Origin: the human T2T-CHM13v2.0 reference genome, Homo sapiens
Direction: 5' to 3' (one strand)
NCBI RefSeq assembly: GCF_009914755.1
Contig: NC_060943.1
Length of the DNA: 64,000 bases
Of this stretch, positions 61,701-64,000 are shown piece after piece (position 1 is the first letter of the stretch; each line of letters opens with the position of its first letter). The notes under the pieces were generated by a model. It was not told the DNA's origin, ran no database searches, and saw only the letters and a list, made by a program, of their open reading frames with translations. The translations under genes were made by a program, and so were the position numbers.

Positions 61701-64000
61701 TAGAGCAGTTTTGAAACACTCTGTTTGTGGGATCCGCAAGTGGATATTTGGACCGCTTTGAGACCTTTGCTGGAAATGGGAATATCTCCACATATAAACT
61801 AGACAGAAGCATTCTCAGAAACTTCTTCGTGATGTGTGCATTCTACTCCCGAATTTGAATCTTCCTTTTCATGAAGCAGTTTTGAAACACACTGTTTGTG
61901 CAATCCACAATTGGATAATTGGAACGCTTTGATGCCCATGGTAGAAAAGGAAATATCCTCATATAAAAACTAGACAGAAGGATTCACAGAAAATGCTTTG
62001 TGATGTGTGCATTCAAATCACGGAGTTGAATCTTTCTTTTGTCAGAGCAGTTTTGAAACACTGTTTCTGTGGAATCTGCCAGCGGACACTTGGAGCGCTT
62101 TGAGGGCTATGGTGGAGAAGGAAATGTCTTCCCATAAAAACTAGAAAGAAGCATTCTCAGAAACATTTATGTGAAGCGTGCATTCAACTCACAGAGTTGA
62201 ACCTTCCTTTTGATACAACAGTTTTGAAACACTCTTTTGAACAATTGCAGGTGAATCTTTGGAGCGCTTTGAAGCCTTTGTTGGAAATGGGAATATCTTC
62301 ACACACAAACTAGCCAGAAGCATTCTCAGAAACTTCTTTGTAATGTGTGCGTTGAACCCAGAGAGATGAACCTTTCCTTCGATAGAGCAGTTTTGAAACG
62401 TGTTTTTGTAAGATCGGCAAGCGGATAATTGGCTTCGCTTTGTGTCCTTTGGTGGAAACGGGAATATCTTCTAATAAAAACTAGACAGAAATATTCTCAG
62501 AATCTCCTTTGTGATGTGGGCATTCAACTAACACAATTGAACATTTCTTTTCACAGAGCAGTTTTGAAACACAGTTTTGGTAGAATCTGCCAGTGGATAT
62601 TTGGAGCGCTTGGAGGGCTACTGTGCCAATGGAAATATCTGCCCCTGAAAACTAGACAGAAGCATTCTCAGAAACTACTTCGTGATGTTTGCATTCAACA
62701 CACAGAGTTGAACATACCTCTTCACAGAGCAGTTTTGAAAACCTCTTTCTGTAGAATCTGCAAGTGGATATTCGGACCACTTTGAGGCCTTCATATTAAA
62801 CAGTAATATCTTCACATAAAAACTAGATAGAAGCATTGTCAGAAAGTTCTTTGTGATGTGTGAATTCAACTCACAGAGTTGAACCTTCCTTTAATAGAGC
62901 AGTTTTGAAACACTCTTTTTCTAGAATCTGCAAGTAGATATTTCGAGCACTTTGAGGCCTTCGTTGGAAACCGGAATATCTTCACAGGAAAAGTAGATAG
63001 AGGCATTCTCAGAAACTTTTTTGTGATATGTAGATTCAACTCACAGCGTTGAACCTTTCTTTGGATGGAGCAGTTTTGAAAAACTCTTTTATCGAATCTG
63101 CAGGTAGACATTCGGGGTGCTTTGAGGGCTGTGGTGCAAAAGGAAATGTCTTCCCATAGAAACTAGACTGAAGCATTCTCAGCAACTTCTTGGTGACGTT
63201 TGCATTCATCTCACAGTGTTGAACATACCTTTCCATAGAGTGGTTTTGAAACACTGTTTTTGTAGAATCGGCAAGTGGATATTTGGACTGCTTTGAGGCC
63301 TTCATCGGAAACGGGAATATCTTCACATAAACACTAGAGAGAAGCATTCTCAGAAACTTCTTTGTCATCTGTCCATTCAACTCACAGAGTTGAACCTTCC
63401 TTTTTATGGAGCAGTTTTGAAACACTCCTTTTGGAGAATCTGCAAGTGGATATTTGGAGCGCTTTGAGGCCTATGGTAGAAAAAGAAATATCTGCCTCTA
63501 AAAACCAGACAGAAGCATTCCGAGAAAAGTTCTTTGTGATGTTTGCATTCAACTAGCAGAGTTGAACCTTCCTTTTGATAGGGCAGTTTGGAAACACTCT
63601 TTTTGTAGAATCTTCATGTGGATATCTGGAGCGGTTTGAGGCCTACGGTCAAAAAGGAAATATCTTCCTGGGAAAAATAGACGAAAGCATTCTCAGAAAG
63701 GGCTTTGTGATATGCGCATTCGACTCACCGAGTTGAAACTTTTTTTTGATACAGCAGTTTTGTAACACTCTGTAGAATCTGAAAGTGGATATTTGGAGCT
63801 CTTTGAGGGCTATGGCGGAAAAGAAAATATATTCACATTAAAGTAGACAGCAGCATTCTCAGAAACTTCTTTAGGATGTTTGTAGTAAACTCACAGAGTT
63901 GAACATACCTTTCCGTAGAGCAGTTTTGAAACACTCTGTTTGTGGGATCCGCAAGTGGATATTTGGACCGCTTTGAGACCTTTGCTGGAAATGGGAATAT
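28778..64000 (+). repeat. Right HOR haplotype domain (copies 14-29), units mostly 2215 bp
   Basis: Diagnostic variants: TCGGCAAG, CTTGGAGGG, GAAAACTAG, ACACACAG, GGACCACT, CTTCACATA, GAAAAGTAG, TTGGTGAC, GTGGTTTT, TCATCTG. The ORF track shifts from a 61 aa to a ~118 aa artefactual ORF here. Confidence 0.85.

Larger units (their letters stand above)
1..64000 (+). repeat. Alpha satellite higher-order repeat array, 13-mer HOR (~2214 bp), ~28.9 tandem copies, single orientation
   Basis: Alphoid motifs (CATTCTCAGAAACTTCTTTGTGATG, TCACAGAGTTGAAC, GAGCAGTTTTGAAACACTC, GAATCTGCAAGTGGATATTTGG) recur every ~171 bp. Near-identical sequence and ORF patterns recur every 2213-2215 bp (ORF starts 430, 2643, 4856, 7070 ... 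60214, 62429). Confidence 0.99.
1..64000 (+). other. Probable SF5 (R1/R2) inactive pericentromeric HOR; candidate human chr5/chr19 13-mer (D5Z1/D19Z1-type), with the related chr4 13-mer as an alternative
   Basis: The box-type order B B A B B A B A A A B A A is irregular (neither dimeric nor pentameric), the unit is ~2214 bp, and no intact CENP-B box was found. The chromosome assignment comes from recall of known HOR lengths, not from an alignment. Confidence 0.65.

Noticed and set aside
29124-62785. Lengthening of the + strand ORF from 61 aa to ~118-146 aa in the right domain
   Set aside because: It results from haplotype SNVs, chiefly TGA>GGA in CTTTGAGG>CTTGGAGG. It is useful only as a haplotype marker.
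430-63556. About 200 short ORFs (61-146 aa) on both strands
   Set aside because: They recur with the HOR period, are translations of alphoid consensus (e.g. KKFLRMLLSS, FQNCS), often use non-ATG starts and overlap each other. There is no evidence of coding function.
1-64000. CRISPR-like regular spacing of conserved motifs
   Set aside because: The intervening sequences are homologous monomer parts rather than unique spacers. The period is ~171 bp and there are no cas genes.
1-64000. A novel gene-based biological system
   Set aside because: I found no non-alphoid sequence. All the structure is explained by alpha satellite HOR evolution.

Overview
The whole 64 kb window is primate, very probably human, alpha satellite DNA. 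It is a head-to-tail array of ~171 bp monomers organised as a 13-monomer higher-order repeat (HOR) of 2212-2215 bp, with about 28.9 copies all in one orientation. I saw no inversion, transposon insertion or monomer-number variant. The six B-box-type and seven A/pJalpha-type monomers are irregularly ordered, which fits suprachromosomal family 5 (R1/R2). I found no CENP-B box with all 9 essential bases, which suggests an inactive flanking HOR. The ~2214 bp 13-mer matches my recollection of the chr5/chr19 D5Z1/D19Z1-type array, but I could not verify this. There are no credible genes: every ORF in the track is a periodic satellite artefact. The informative signal is the pattern of variants between copies: two major HOR haplotypes meeting at ~28-29 kb, nested 1-bp-indel subfamilies, non-adjacent duplications at 6-HOR and 5-HOR offsets, local tandem expansions, chimeric copies and one unusually divergent copy. 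I found no evidence for a novel gene system. Copy starts used (phase = position 1): 1, 2214, 4427, 6640, 8854, 11068, 13282, 15496, 17709, 19922, 22136, 24350, 26564, 28778, 30992, 33204, 35419, 37634, 39849, 42064, 44279, 46494, 48709, 50924, 53139, 55354, 57569, 59784, 61999. Variant comparisons were made by eye and need alignment to confirm.
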